Assembly: GCA_001244265.2 (NCBI GenBank)
Contig: CDLV01000004.1
Span: forward strand, 1,550,001 to 1,614,000
DNA length: 64,000 bases
Source of the DNA: Microbotryum violaceum
Taxonomy: Eukaryota
Reading direction: 5' to 3'
Under the pieces are notes generated by a model. It searched no databases, was not told where the DNA came from, and worked only from the letters and a program-made list of their open reading frames with translations. The translations under genes were made by a program, and so were the position numbers. Below, piece by piece: positions 12,848 to 25,388 of the stretch (its first letter is position 1; each line of letters starts with the position of its first letter).

Positions 12848-13774
12848 ATGAAACGCGCCGCATCACCGAATCCCACCAACCCGAACGAAAGTAAGCGACC
12901 CCTTCTCGACACCACTGAATCTTCCACCACTGCCATGTCCAGCTCCGCCGCAGCCACTTCGGCCAAACGCGTGCTCGCGTCGACGTCGTTCCTCGCGCAG
13001 AGAAACTCGCCCAAGGCCAAGTTGCCCACTAGGGGGTCGACAGCAGCGGCGGGATATGATTTATACTCGTGAGTCTGAGGACCTACTGACTATGCGGTCG
13101 TACGGTAGGAACGCGTGCTCATTGATGTTCATCGTACCCCGAGCGTACAGCGCCGAGGCCAAAACCGTCCCGGCCCGTGGCAAAGCGTTGATCAACACAG
13201 AACTCAGCATCGCCGTCCCGGAGGGAACGTACGGAAGGATTGCACCCCGATCAGGACTGGGTACGTCTCTGCCTGCTCCTTTCTGGAGTATGCGCACGAG
13301 CTGACGGAGCGAATCGCCTGGATGTGGGGGGCCCGGAAACCAGCGAGCAAGTTTATGATCGACACGGGAGCCGGCGTGATCGATGGAGACTACCGAGGAA
13401 CGGTCCATGTCCTGCTGTTCAACTTGAGCGACAAGGACTACGAAGGTCGGTTTGTTTTTCCTCGCGTGGAAGACCTTTCGGATCCGGGTGCTGGCCGCTG
13501 GTTTTGATTGAGTCAAGCTCCCATTACTTCGGATTTTACAGTCGTCGAGGGTGATCGCGTCGCACAACTGATCTTGGAGCAAATCGTCACGCCCGAAGTG
13601 ACCGAAGTCGAGGTAAGCTCTCAGGTTATTCAATCGCGGGCGAGGCATTTCCGTTCGGCCAACATCTTGAATTCATGATCTCCGCAGTCCCTCTCCGAGA
13701 CCGTTCGAGGAGCAGGTGGTTTCGGCTCGACCGGCGGTTTCACCGATGTCGCAGCCGAGAAGAACGGCGCATGA
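12848..13774 (+). CDS. DUT1: dUTP diphosphatase (multi-exon)
   Basis: All five dUTPase motifs across exons: [40 protein letters not shown]. Start could instead be 12935. Confidence 0.96.
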
Positions 13775-14031
13775 AAACCCTGTGCTCTCGAATTGTCTCC
13801 AGAGCATGCATAGTCTTGGGCGTTGTTGCAGTATGAATTCATTGCGAAGATCCCGAAGCCATGCCCCACCATGAAAGAACGAACAAAATACCCCGAGAGG
13901 CACCTACTAGGTCGGGTCAGAAGGCGGACGAAATGAGGGTATATCTGACCCTAAATGTTTCTACACGATGCGAAGAAATTGCTAAAAAATGAATGCGAAC
14001 AGAAGGTAGACCGTGGTACAAACGTGGATGC

Positions 14032-17000
14032 TCATGAAGCGGCGAGGGAAGGGTCGATGATTTTGATCCAATCAATCATCTCGCGCATCGATGAAGTCGA
14101 AAGGAAGTAACTGCAGCCACGTATCAGGTGTGTCAGTCTTTATGCCGAGCGCAATTGACCCCTGCGCCTGTAACCAACCTGTTTTGATGGGTAAAGATTG
14201 CGAATGCGAATTGACGCTGTAAAGAAAAGAAAAGTAGAGGGACGAGCAGACAAAGTTAGGCCCTGGCTTCAGAAGCCCACATCAATGTCAGATGCACACC
14301 TCGAGCATTTGGCCTATTTCGGGTGATTGCTCGACGCGCACCGATGAGACGTTGATGACCATCGTCTCGTCGAGCTCGTTGCTATGTTCGTACAAGTACA
14401 AATAAGGCCGGCGAAGCACGAGCCAGTATTTTTTCCATTTGTTGCTCGTTGGGTCACGGAGGAGAGCGACCCAGCCGCGCTTGGAAAACATGTCACTGTG
14501 CTCACATCCCTTCTCTCGTTAGTTTTTGAGTAGAGGTGACGCATCGGGATCTGACTCACGATCGGGGCACAAGAGTCGTGGTCCCACGTAGTCGCGGAGA
14601 TCGAGAAGGGGTGACGCTCAGATTCGGTGACGGCATTGGCGGAGGGGTTAAGTCAATGACCGCCGACGGCGTGCTCGCCGGTTCTCGTTCGAACGAGATC
14701 TAGCACAAGCAACGCAAGTCAGTTTTAACATCGTGACGAATGCGGCGCGCCCGTGTCGCTCACCTCGTCCATTGCGCCGAAGCGCTTTTGCCACAACTCT
14801 ACCGCCTGGGTCAGACGATTCTCGCTCGTCCGACCCTCGACAAGGCTCGGCAACGTCAACTCGAACGCGGCCAGCACAGCTTTGGCCGCCTCAACGTCCG
14901 CGGCTTTTATCGTTGCCTTCAAGCCCCGTTCAAAGTCCCTTACGAGCGACAGACCCCTTGGCCGCCAATTAGCCAGTAGCTCTTCGCCGCGAACGTACAT
15001 TTCCGCTGTGTTGAGCCGCCAGATCTCGGTCGGATTAATGGTCAGGCAAGGCGTCAGGCGAACAGAAAAGACATTGGTCACGCTAGAGGAAAGGCGAGAG
15101 GCGCGCAAGAGATTCATGAGCTTCGAAGGGCCTCTCGCGTCCCGATTTTGAACGGTGACACCGATATCCATCGAGAACGGAACGGGCTCGAAGCAATTGG
15201 ACGCCGAAACCTGGAAGTGCAAGCGCACCAAGACACGGGACCCGGACGGTGTGGACCGGTTCATATGAGGCGAGTCGTGGACTGAACTATCCCACGCGGC
15301 GGCGAAGTTCAATGTCGCGACGCCGTCGGAAGAAAATCCAGCTCGTGGGTTCCTCATACCTCGCAGGTCGACGTCCGCAGCAGAAGTCGCGGCATGGACA
15401 CGTCCGCGGGCGTCGAGCATGCGCACGTCACCGAGGGACACTTTGGCGACTCGCTTCCACTGCCAGGCCCGGCCTGAGTTGTGTGAAAGCTGGATCACAA
15501 TTCGACGCTGCAGGCCTTGGCGAAGGAAGAAGGCACCACTGTCGAGAGGGTTCGACGAGACGACGACGACGGGCTCGTAATTACCCGACTCGCCCAACTC
15601 GCGGATTTCGATCTTAGCCAGCACGTCATGGGTCTGTTCGACGATGAGGGCATCTTCGTGGCGCCGCGTCACGTCGCTGTTCCGAGGGTCGCCGCGAAGA
15701 GAGGGGGCGTTGGCGATCTTAGAGCTTGTGGAGGAGTCGCGTGCTTCGTCCCACCTTTCGATCTTGTCGAGGTGCGCCGGCGTAATTTTGGCAAAGAAAG
15801 AGACCGGCGCGTAGCCTTGGCTGAGCTCGCGCAGCCGTTCGGCGTTAAGAACGACGGAGAAGGTGTGTCGAAGGCGGATCTCGCTCGCCTCAGACGAGAC
15901 CAGGTTGACCGCATCGCCAGCGACAATCCCATCATCCTCACCGGGCGACTTGACGAGAAACGACGATGCCGACAACTGCAGATGAACGGCGGCAAAATCG
16001 CTTTCGCTCATGCCAATGACCCGATCGACGACGACTTCGAAAGTGAGTTTTGAACCCTCGACGAATGCCGCGATGGAAGGGTGGGTACCCCTGCCCAGAG
16101 GAACTCCGGGCTTTTCGGGCGTCTCAATCGAGAGGGGATTGATGCGAACGCGACATGTCCCCATCGGATCGGCGGTGTAAGGCGAATGAATTTGCACGAC
16201 ATTCGTCGCCGGTAGATTGCGTGACAAGGGTGCGAGCGAAACGGTCGCCGATCCGACGTAAGAGAATCTATTCGAGCGCTCGGCCTCGGACTCGTAGAAC
16301 GGATCTTCCCAGGCAAAGTGCTGGCTATACTCGGGGTTATCGACCCATTTGAACAGGTTACGCATCAGCTCCAACCGTTGCTGCAGTTTGGCCAAAGTCC
16401 AGATCGAGATCATGCGGTGACGTCGATCGAGGACCTTGACACCGATGCAAGGCTTTTGACGGGTCGCCAGCGTAGGATCCGATGAGGCCTCGAATTCGGC
16501 GAGACCCTCTATCGCACCATCGACCGAAGATGGAATCTCGCGACCAATGACAACGAACTGAAACGTCGTCCCCTTTTTGAGCTCACGCGAGATCGCATTC
16601 GCTTCCTTGACCAAGACAGCCTGCGAGAACGTGTCTTCCGCCATTCGCACGCGTTGACACCTTCGCCATCGCTGGACCGCATTCCTGGCCAGCCGCACTT
16701 CTCGTGGGGTCAAAGGGGTGGCATCGAATTCGTCATCGTCGCTGGGGACCCCATTGGACGGGTTCGTGGACTTGAGTCGCTTGACCTTCTTATCGTACTT
16801 GTTCTTCTGGGCGATCATCTTGGCCTCGAGCGACTTGAGCTTAGCCTCCATCTGAGCTTTCTCGGCCATCGCTTCCTCGACCTTGACGGTGGCATTGGCC
16901 ATCGTCTGCCGCTTGGTCTCGTACTCGTCTTTGACAGCCTGGACGCGATCGTCAAAGTCAGGTGACTGATTGAGCGTCAACGTCGAATCGCCGACGTCGC

Positions 17001-20000
17001 CATAGCTCGTCGGACCTGTACTCCAGGTCGCACCTGAATGTCGGCCTGATCCCCCCCCTGCCTCATCTTCGTCGTCATCGTCGCCTTCATGGACCGAGTC
17101 GAGGAAGCTCATCCTACTCTCGGGTCGGTCCCCACTCGTGGCGCTCGATGCGGTCCTCGAGTGTCGGACTTTGAGGATGTCAGCATAGAGTCGATTGAGT
17201 TCGTCATCCTTGAGTTTGTCCAAATTGACGTGCTGACCATTGAGTCGAGCGACAACGGCTTCTCGCCGTGCGTAAGACCAGTCCGCCTCGGCCGTCGACA
17301 TGGGTGATTCAGGTCGGGTCCCTGCCGGCGAGCCCTTCGACCCCGCATCGTCAAATTCGTTACCGAGCGGGGATCGCAGTTGGTGTACGGCATCCCGAGC
17401 TTTCCGGACCTCTTCGGGATGGTTGAAGCGAAAGACGTGGAAGTCGCCGAGAATGATGCGGAATCCAGATCGGAGTTCCCTCGGTTGATCGACCGAAATC
17501 CGCCGACCGTTGACCATCGTCAGACTCCCCGGGAGGGTGTGCAATACAACTTTGCCATCGGGGGAGCTTTCGAAGAAGCAGTGCTCGGCCAAAATGTTAG
17601 AACCACTCAATCGGATGTCGGCCGCGACTTCGGATCCAAGGTTTCCGACCGTCGTCTTTCCCAGCTTGATCTGATAGATCAAACATTCGCTCATCAACGG
17701 GTCCTCGTTGAGGTTGACGAGATGCGGCAGCTTTTTGGGGGTATGGACCCCGACTTGATTCTTTTCGATCGTGATACCGAGCGCCTCCAAAGCCTGTTCG
17801 CGCTCCTTCTGCACCTCTTGCGTCCGTACGAGCTTCTCCTCCCACGTCTCGGTTACCGAGGCCATCAACTTTTCGCTCTGCTCCAGCTGATCCTGCAGTT
17901 CTGCTTTTGTGATTGTCTTGATCTCACCAGCTTGTGTCCGATACGACACAATCTGTTCCTCGGCGGGGATATCGGGATCGTAGGTCGCTTCGTTCGATGC
18001 GCCCGTCATCCGGGTTCGAAGCGTCGCTAGCTCCTCCTTGAGTTCACGGATGAGCCTGGCGTTCGGGTCCTCGTTGACCACGGCCTTGTTCTTGATCTTC
18101 TTAGCCTGGTCGGCATACCGAAGGGTCGACAAGGTCTCGTCGTAGTCGGCGGGGGATATGGCCGCCACCACTGGTTGATCAACACTATGTCAGCCCTGCG
18201 CACCTGGTCGTTGTAAACCCACCTCGATGACTCACTGGCCGTCTTCGAGTTGCCGCCTAATGAGTCCTTCAACAGCCACGTCAAGACCGAATCACGATAC
18301 GGCACTTTCTCACCCGCATGCTTCCCCACCCCGCTCGCGGCAGCCAGCGCCGCAATGACCCGCCCTAGAGTCGTTAAACTTTTGTTGATCAACGCGCCTT
18401 CCTTCAACCGCGTCCCCGTCGCGCCCGTAGAATTGGCTCGCTCTGATCCCGCGAGATCGACGAGTGAGATGCGCGATACTTTCTCCCCTGCCATTCCCGT
18501 CTCGACGTCGACGCGTCTTTGGGTCAACAGAAGGGTGAAAACAGCGTGGGATCGCGAAGATGTTTCGTTCATATTTGTTGCTGCAACCGTGCGGGCCTTT
18601 GTGTCATTGCGTCCGGAAACTGATTTTGTCAGTGCCTGCATGTCCTCATTCAGTATCGCCTCACTCACTTTGGTTCCCTCATCCATCAATGCCTCGATAT
18701 CCGGGAACGACTGAACAGCCAGCTTCGACAGCCCTTCGACATAGGGACCCAAGCTCGGATGTTCCCGTACCTTGAGGTTTCCCTTATTGCTTGGGTTGAG
18801 CAAATCGCGGACTTTTTCCTGGTAAATCTCGGTATAAGAGACCTACTCGGGCAGAGAAAGAACGCGTGTTAGCGTAAGGCACGACACGACGAGCGTGCTT
18901 GTTACGCACTTCGACGGTGAAGGAGAGATTGTCCGTTGAGAGGAACGTGATGCGTTCGAAAAGCGCCTCGCAAATGAGCGGGATAATTCCGCGATCGGAA
19001 CCGTAACCCATCATCGAATAAGATTTTCCTAGGCACGTGCCACCAAAGGATCAGTGTCAAGTCTCAACTGAATGCGACACCTCAATTCCGACTTGAGCTC
19101 ACCACTGCCAGTTTGACCGTCTGCAAGTGTGCGTGAAGCTCAGTTCTCTGCTCCAGGTTCTGCTCCTCGGTCGTCAAATGTGCGACTCACAGGCAAAGAT
19201 ACATGTGTTGAATCCCTGAAACGAGTGATCGAGCAGATCCTTTCCCAAGTCTTCGTACAGGGTCTGTTGCGACGCATATCCAGGTTCGTCTTTGGGCCCC
19301 GCCGACCTGTAGTGATAGAACCCGGCGGCCAGAGGAAGCAGATTGAGCTTTCCTTCCGAGCATGCGGAGGATTCGTGCAGCACGAAACGAAGATGAGTCT
19401 CTCACCAATACGACTTGTCGAAGGCAAAGGATTTGGTCTCCTTTTCTGCGTTGCGACTCGTACCGGTCGCCTAGCACACATGACGAATTTCGGCCATTAG
19501 CCTCGGACGCAGGCCACGTGAGCGCGATCCCCACCTCGGATGAACAGACGACCTACTTCGGGTGGATCCAAGTAGGTGTTGTTGCCTTCCATTCGCACCA
19601 GAGGTTTCGCACCCCTCGCGAGCTCTGTCCAAAGATTCAAGGTGACCTGCTGATGAGCCGCTGATCGGTGCCAAGCTCAAAGAGGAGTCTTCGTGCTGCC
19701 TTCTGTCATCCCAGAGAGGCTCTCCTTAGAAGCTCGGAAGGGGGTGGGGAACTGACCTCTGGAGTTGAGCGGTCGACATCGGACCTAGAAGATAGAATGA
19801 GGTGGTTAGTAAAGAATTATTGAAGAGGGTCTGGTGCTTCGTCGCGTGATGCAACGTGCGACCCGCTCGATCAAGGCTGGGATAATGTTGGCTCAACCCA
19901 TGCCCGACCTGGAATCGCGTCGCACGAGCGAGCTAGTGCATCGGCACAGGGTATTCGGAGTTTGAGTAAAGTGACAATAGATCTGCGTACGACTACTTTG

Positions 20001-20044
20001 ATGTTGCCCCCTCCTCCACCGCCATTTGCTGCGGGATGGGACAT
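14032..20044 (-). CDS. KIN3: Kinesin-3 (Unc104/KIF1-like) motor: motor domain, FHA, stalk, C-terminal PH (multi-exon)
   Basis: [74 protein letters not shown] (FHA), [16 protein letters not shown] (PH). Confidence 0.95.
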
Positions 20045-20287
20045 GCTAGCAGTGCGACCACCCGACCTGCTCCGGTGCGACCTCGACGACGACGATGAGA
20101 AGGCCGGTGCGCACTCAACCGACGCCTGCCTCGCCTACCCAAGTCACACAGCCCCGATGGAGTCAAGGCGAGTGATGAAGGTGAAGCTTGTGAACAATCC
20201 GAGCCAGAGTGCGGTGGCGGTGGTGTTCAAGAAGGTGCGCAACGTGAAGTAGGTCGTACGTACCCGTTCGTATCCACCAGCCTCAGC

Positions 20288-21710
20288 AGGACCCGGGAAA
20301 GCTCAGCCCAATGAGGACCCCCGAAAGCCGGGCCCGTACCCATGTCGGGGGGTGGGGGGGAGGAGAGGAAAAGAAAAGAAAAGAAAAGGGAAAGGGAAAG
20401 AAAGAAAAAAAAAAAGGAGAAAAAGGAGGGGGAGGAAAAAAAAAAAAAAAAAGATCGGGAAAGGGAAAAATGGGGGGAAAAAGAGAAGAGGGAGGGGAAG
20501 AGAAAGAACTTGGAGAAAGAAGAAGAGGGAGGGGGAGGTGACAACATACTTCATATTACGCAGGTATTATACAGCTACAAAGTTGTGACACTTTTTTTGA
20601 TGCCGAGCTCGGCCATTCATCTCAGCCCTTGTCAGTCCTCTACAGAACCTTCGTGATTGTGGGTCGTTCGAATCTATCTCGTCTGTCAGCCCGAAAGGCT
20701 TCCCGAAGTCCAAGCACGCCCCGTCACACTCATTCACCGATCCGTCATCGCTTAGTTTTGACCCCTTGCGTCGACAAGTAGTTTGCCCACATAATCGACA
20801 GTGCCTTGCCCCTTCTGTGGTACCCGCGTGCGTCAAAGCGCTGCTCGTGCCCAAGTCCGCGCTCGAACCAGCGTCGCTCGAGGCAGTTGCAACAAAGGGG
20901 AGGATGGATGACGTTGGAGGATCCGAGAAATCGACTTCTACCTCTGTAAGCCTCCCCAAGACAGGCGGTTTGTGACGAGTAATGGCTTAGCCGCTAGCAT
21001 GCTAACATCACGACCGCGGGAGGGATCGGTAAGCAAAGCTTGAATCACTATGACGTCGTTCCCACCCATGTTCATTGTGGCTTGAGCATTTGCCAGCGAC
21101 GACCATCTCGGTGCCCATGTATTGATGTGCTCTGGCATCTGTGTGAGGATTGCGCTTCAGCTCAACATCACCATTCAGTGTGACACAGACGCGACATACT
21201 TTGTAAGAAATGTCTAGTCCGTTGGCATACTTGTTCCAAGGCTCGGTAATCTCGAATATCCGAAGATTTTGAGGCGCTCCCAGTCGTACCTTGCTTGAGA
21301 GATATCTGTATAGCGCTCGTTCGCTGGGTGTATGGACATACAATACAGCGAATCGAGTACCCTAACGTTCCGCTGGCCAATCGTGGCGAAGCTTGCGATC
21401 GGTTGGCAGCCGGCTTTGCATATGCTGTATCGCCGGCGTATTGTTTTGCAGCAAGTTTCGTGGCGACCACTTGACGGGCTTCAAACGCAGAGTCCCGCGC
21501 TCGACTTGATAGGGCTCGATCAAAAAGCGCATTTGCGCTGTTGGCGACTGAACAACAGGTACGATGCCGAATTCGCGAACTCAAGTGCGCCAACTCAAGT
21601 GCGCCAACTCAAGTGCGCTAACTCGGGCGCTCGACTGCGCCAACTCAAGCGCGCTAACTCAATTGCGCCAACTCAATTTGGCGCGCGCGAGTTAGCGCAA
21701 GCGCACCCCC
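20288..21710 (-). mobile_element. Zisupton-like element fragment, inverted near-identical copy of 3250-5680 with internal deletion
   Basis: TIR AGGACCCGGGAAAGCTCAGCC at 20288. 20540-21572 is the reverse complement of about 4476-5510, and ORF translations are identical or nearly so. Confidence 0.85.
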
Positions 21711-22629
21711 CAGCACCGGTACCGCGCGCGGATTTGGGCCTGCGGGCCGCCACCCATGACCAGGGAGTTGCCGGCGAAGCGGAAAAAGAAAAAAAGAAAA
21801 AAGAGACAGAGGGGAAGGAAAAAAGAAAAAGGAAGGAAATAAAGAAACGAAGGGAAGAAGGGGGAAGAAGGAAAGTTGAACACATGATGTACATCTTGTT
21901 AACTTGCTCGAATTCGGTATCTTTACACCAACACCAAGTACACGCAAAGATGGTATGCCTAAGCTTGAGAAACACGCTTATAGTCCCGCTCGCAGCCGCC
22001 TCACTTCAAAGCCTTTTCAAAGCTCGGACAACAGTGTAAAGAGCAATGGAACAAACAAGCCTTGAACACGTGGATTACAAGATATATACTTTGCTTTACC
22101 GATTTTTTTTCCACAAAAACTATGCGAACATCTCACCGTGTTGGAGTTCCAATGCTTAGAGTAAGGCACCGGTCGATTGAGATCGCGGGTTCGGCGAGGC
22201 CAATCCGAGCTACCAACGAGTCCGAATCACCGTTCTTGAGGACCGTTTTGTTGCGCTGGTATCCGTTGGAGCACATCCTGAATGGTGGAATAATTCGTGA
22301 ATTGAAGGTCGATGAAATATCAAGATACCGAGGATGCCCATGTGAGAAGCGCAGGGAAGGATGCCGATCGATACCGATGCCGATAAGGATCAAGCCGAGG
22401 TCAGAAGATCTTGTCATATGGTCCACCGAGCATGAACTCACGCCAGTCCTTCTTCTTGCGAGCTTCATACAAAGGCTGTTGGTAGCGCGAAGTGATGGCA
22501 CGCTGGATGGCACGCCGTGGAGCCAATCTGTATCCTCCTTGTGTTCCGATCTTAGTGGTTGCATCGAGTCATGATTTCGTCCCGCCGCAGTTCCAAATCC
22601 TCAATCGCCGAGGGGCCACAAGACCCGAC

Positions 22630-22735
22630 ACTTGGCTTTGGGCCCGTTTGCCTTCGCTTCGAAACGCGCTCGCGCTTGAACAAGTCACTAGCCATTTTCG
22701 ATAATCACTTTAGTTCAGTGGCTGTTAGAGAATAT
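22630..22735 (+). repeat. Fragment of Zisupton-like left subterminal arm
   Basis: TGGGCCCGTTTGCCTTCGCTTCGA..GTCACTAG..ACTTTAGTTCAG matches 24435-24880 and 54024-54092. Confidence 0.7.
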
Positions 22736-22792
22736 TAGGGTTTAGGTACCCCTATCAAGTAAAATAAAAATAAAAATAACCTCCCACTGAAA

Positions 22793-23572
22793 TGTCTGAG
22801 GAACGCTATCGACTCTGGAGCAAGATTGCTGTTCGGCGGTCTCGGATGCATTGCCTACCAGGATATGCTCACCATCCTGGGCGGACTGAAGTCGCGTCGT
22901 ACTCTGTCTCGCGCGTCGTGATGTGGTCGGGCGTGATCGTCAAGACGACAATGCAACACATGGGCATTCGCCAAGGCGACGCTCGAACTCGTAACCGAAC
23001 TCGCTGAAGACAAGAAACTCGACCCCGATGCCGTCGTATATCTCTTCCTATGTGGCGAGTTACACGATGCCATCCAGAACCCGTCGCTTCAGCCCCTTGT
23101 ATGAAGGTCCTCGCGGACAGGGAAGGTTCTAGACTATAGTGGGGACTATAATTTAGACAGGAATTGCGAGGGATCTCGGATAGGTCTGGTTGGGCCGAAG
23201 CAACTGAAGGCCAAGGATAGGGGGTGGATGAGGTGAGGTGCCGAGATGAGACTGGGTGAGGATTTAAGAGGAAAGGTTTTAGGCGGGGAGATTGAGAGTG
23301 AGAATGGGAGAGAATTGGAGTGAGAATGAGAGAGCGAGAGTTGTTGCTTGCAGGAAGGAAAGAAGCAACTTCAGAGAGGACCACTATTTATACAAATTCT
23401 GGAAAGACTAAAGGAATATTCGAAGGTATTTTGTGGTCCGATTGGTAAGCAAATAAATAAAAGGGGTCCGCACAATAATCCAGTATCGAGGGTGGTCACG
23501 TGAACACTTGCGCGGCGAGCCACTAGTCAGGTACGCGCGCTAAAGGTCCGCGCTCGGGAACGGCTCGTAACA
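22793..23572 (-). repeat. 3' LTR of a gypsy element (TG...CA, about 780 bp)
   Basis: Minus strand: purine tract AAGGAGGGGCGAC then TGTTACG, TATAAATAG at about 23385-23393, and end ...CTCAGACA. No partner LTR in the window, so the distal boundary is inferred. Confidence 0.65.
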
Positions 23573-24472
23573 GTCGCCCCTCCTTAAGGTCGAACTCCTG
23601 GTCGACTAATCACAATACTCGGACTTGATTGCGTCGCTCGAGTAAGGGCTGAAATCCCCGCGTCGAAACACGTGGCGATCCGGATCAAAGAAGCGATCCT
23701 TTTCGGAGGCGGTACCCGAGGAAGTCCCTGGAGTCGGCTGGCGCATCGCGGCGGGTGAGACGAGGTAGGCCTTGAGTGTGTTGTCATCTTCGCTAAGGTG
23801 AGTCCTCATGACCAAGCGAGGGTCCAGGCTGGGTTGTTGGGCCGTGGGTTGAAGTCTTTGGTTGCCCCGGTCCCGTAGTTGCGCCAGTGGAGTAACGTCG
23901 TTGGAGAGGGCGAAGCACTAGGTCACGTGTTCGGAGGGGAGTTGCGGCAACCGACCCGTCTTGTGGACCAGTTCCATATAGTCATGTTGTAACTCGGAGA
24001 CTTTTTCCGCATGGAGATCGATGGGACCACGGACGAGTGCTTGTAATAGGTGGTAGTACCTTGACCAAGGAGAAGGGAGGAGTCGAGCTCGATTTGCGTC
24101 GTGAAGCGCCTCCCAATTTATAATAATCGCGGATATGATGTAATGGTAACATGACATACTTCCAATAGATTTTTAAGAGTTCGAATCTCTTTTTGCGTAG
24201 TAATCCCAGGCGTGGTCACGAGGACCCCAGAAAGCCCAGCCGGAGGCGCATTTTTTATTTTTATTTTGACATTTTGAGGACTAAAAATCCCGAAAATCGT
24301 CGAGGCGCATTGCAAAAAATTGACATTTTGGGACGAAACACACGTTTTGCCCCCGAGGCGCATTTTCAAATTTTGACATTTTTCCCGTGGATCGACGCAA
24401 TTTTGGCCTACCCTGAGCAGCCTTCGGCATGACTTGGGCCCGTTCGCCTTCAAGACGCGCTGCGCGATGCTC

Positions 24473-24816
24473 CATAGCAAAAAACCACCCCTGAAATGGG
24501 ACGATCCCGGGATGATCCCGGGATCGGGCCCCGATTTGAAATCCCGCAGCGCATTTGAAATTTGAAATCGGCAGATTGAAATGCATTTGAAATCTCTGCC
24601 GATTTCAAAATGCATTTCAAATCACTCTGAGATCGCGCGCCGCGATTTGAAATGCATTTGAAATCGCTCTGGGATCGCGCGCCGCGATTTGGAATGCATT
24701 TGAAATCGGCGGAGCGATTTGAAATGCATTTAGAATCGCTCCGCCGATTTCAAATCGGGGCCCGATCTCGGAATGATCCCGGGATCGTCCCATTTCAGGG
24801 GTGGTTTTTTGCTATG
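24473..24816. mobile_element. 344-bp foldback MITE, CATAG...CTATG ends, 2-bp TSD (CMC/CACTA-like)
   Basis: ~70-bp TIRs CATAGCAAAAAACCACCCCTGAAATGGGACGATCCCGGGA. Internal ATTTGAAATGCATTTGAAATC repeats. TC duplicated at both flanks; empty site in the paralog at about 54061-54080. Confidence 0.9.
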
Positions 24817-24955
24817 TCGCCCCTGTACAGGTCACTAGTCATCTTTTGTAATTACTTTAGTTCAGCCGCTGTTAGCCAATAGTTGCCACCGCTGATATTG
24901 AAGGGGCCCAGGTTCCGCTTCACTTCGTTCTGACATTGAAGCATAGCTCGACAAC

Positions 24956-25351
24956 ATGATCCCTTGCTTGTTTCTCGACGAAGACCAGGACTACTATTTG
25001 AACGACGATGACTATGATCGATTATCGCCGCTTCTACTTTCAAATGTCGTTGTACAGGAGCTTCGCCTCATCAAGAAAGCAAGCTATTCCACTCACCTTA
25101 TTGATGGCACTATGCCGTTCCGCATGATTGATGGTCGACAGGTCATCGAGTCATTAGGCCCGCCAACGACTACAAATCGTTCAACCACTGACCCCACCTC
25201 ATGTTACCCCGACGAGCGCATAATCAGCACGTGCGCACATGCCGAGCAAAGATTTGCCGCACTTCGGAGCGTGCCCGGCCTGCGAGATGCCGCCGGTAGA
25301 ACCTCTACAAGCCGCACAAATGCCTCCGCGGATACAAGGAGCTCAAGTTAA
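24956..25351 (+). CDS. Unknown transposon-borne protein (131 aa; possibly 5'-truncated)
   Basis: Open frame inside the Zisupton-like element; homologous to ORF 2538-2861. Confidence 0.55.
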   Translation: MIPCLFLDEDQDYYLNDDDYDRLSPLLLSNVVVQELRLIKKASYSTHLIDGTMPFRMIDGRQVIESLGPPTTTNRSTTDPTSCYPDERIISTCAHAEQRFAALRSVPGLRDAAGRTSTSRTNASADTRSSS

Positions 25352-25388
25352 GCCAAACGGAGGTCTGACAACGAAGTAGCGAGCCCAT

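Noticed and set aside
12848-13774. dUTPase as viral or retroelement cargo
   Set aside because: It has several spliceosomal introns and lies among housekeeping genes; ordinary DUT1.
14733-19500. Plus-strand ORFs overlapping kinesin-3 (and similar shadows over SYP1 and RPA49)
   Set aside because: Antisense shadow frames of GC-rich coding sequence with no motifs.
20227-20656. Lys/Glu-rich and Phe/Ser-rich ORFs (also 5392-5945 and 21654-21975)
   Set aside because: Translations of polypurine/polypyrimidine tracts in TE ends.
22062-22574. ORF as a third member of the accessory family
   Set aside because: Only a faint resemblance (RELKVD vs RSLKVD); both strands are open, so it cannot be supported.
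22735-22746. TTAGGGTTTAGG as an interstitial telomere or healing scar
   Set aside because: Only about two imperfect units; compatible with chance.
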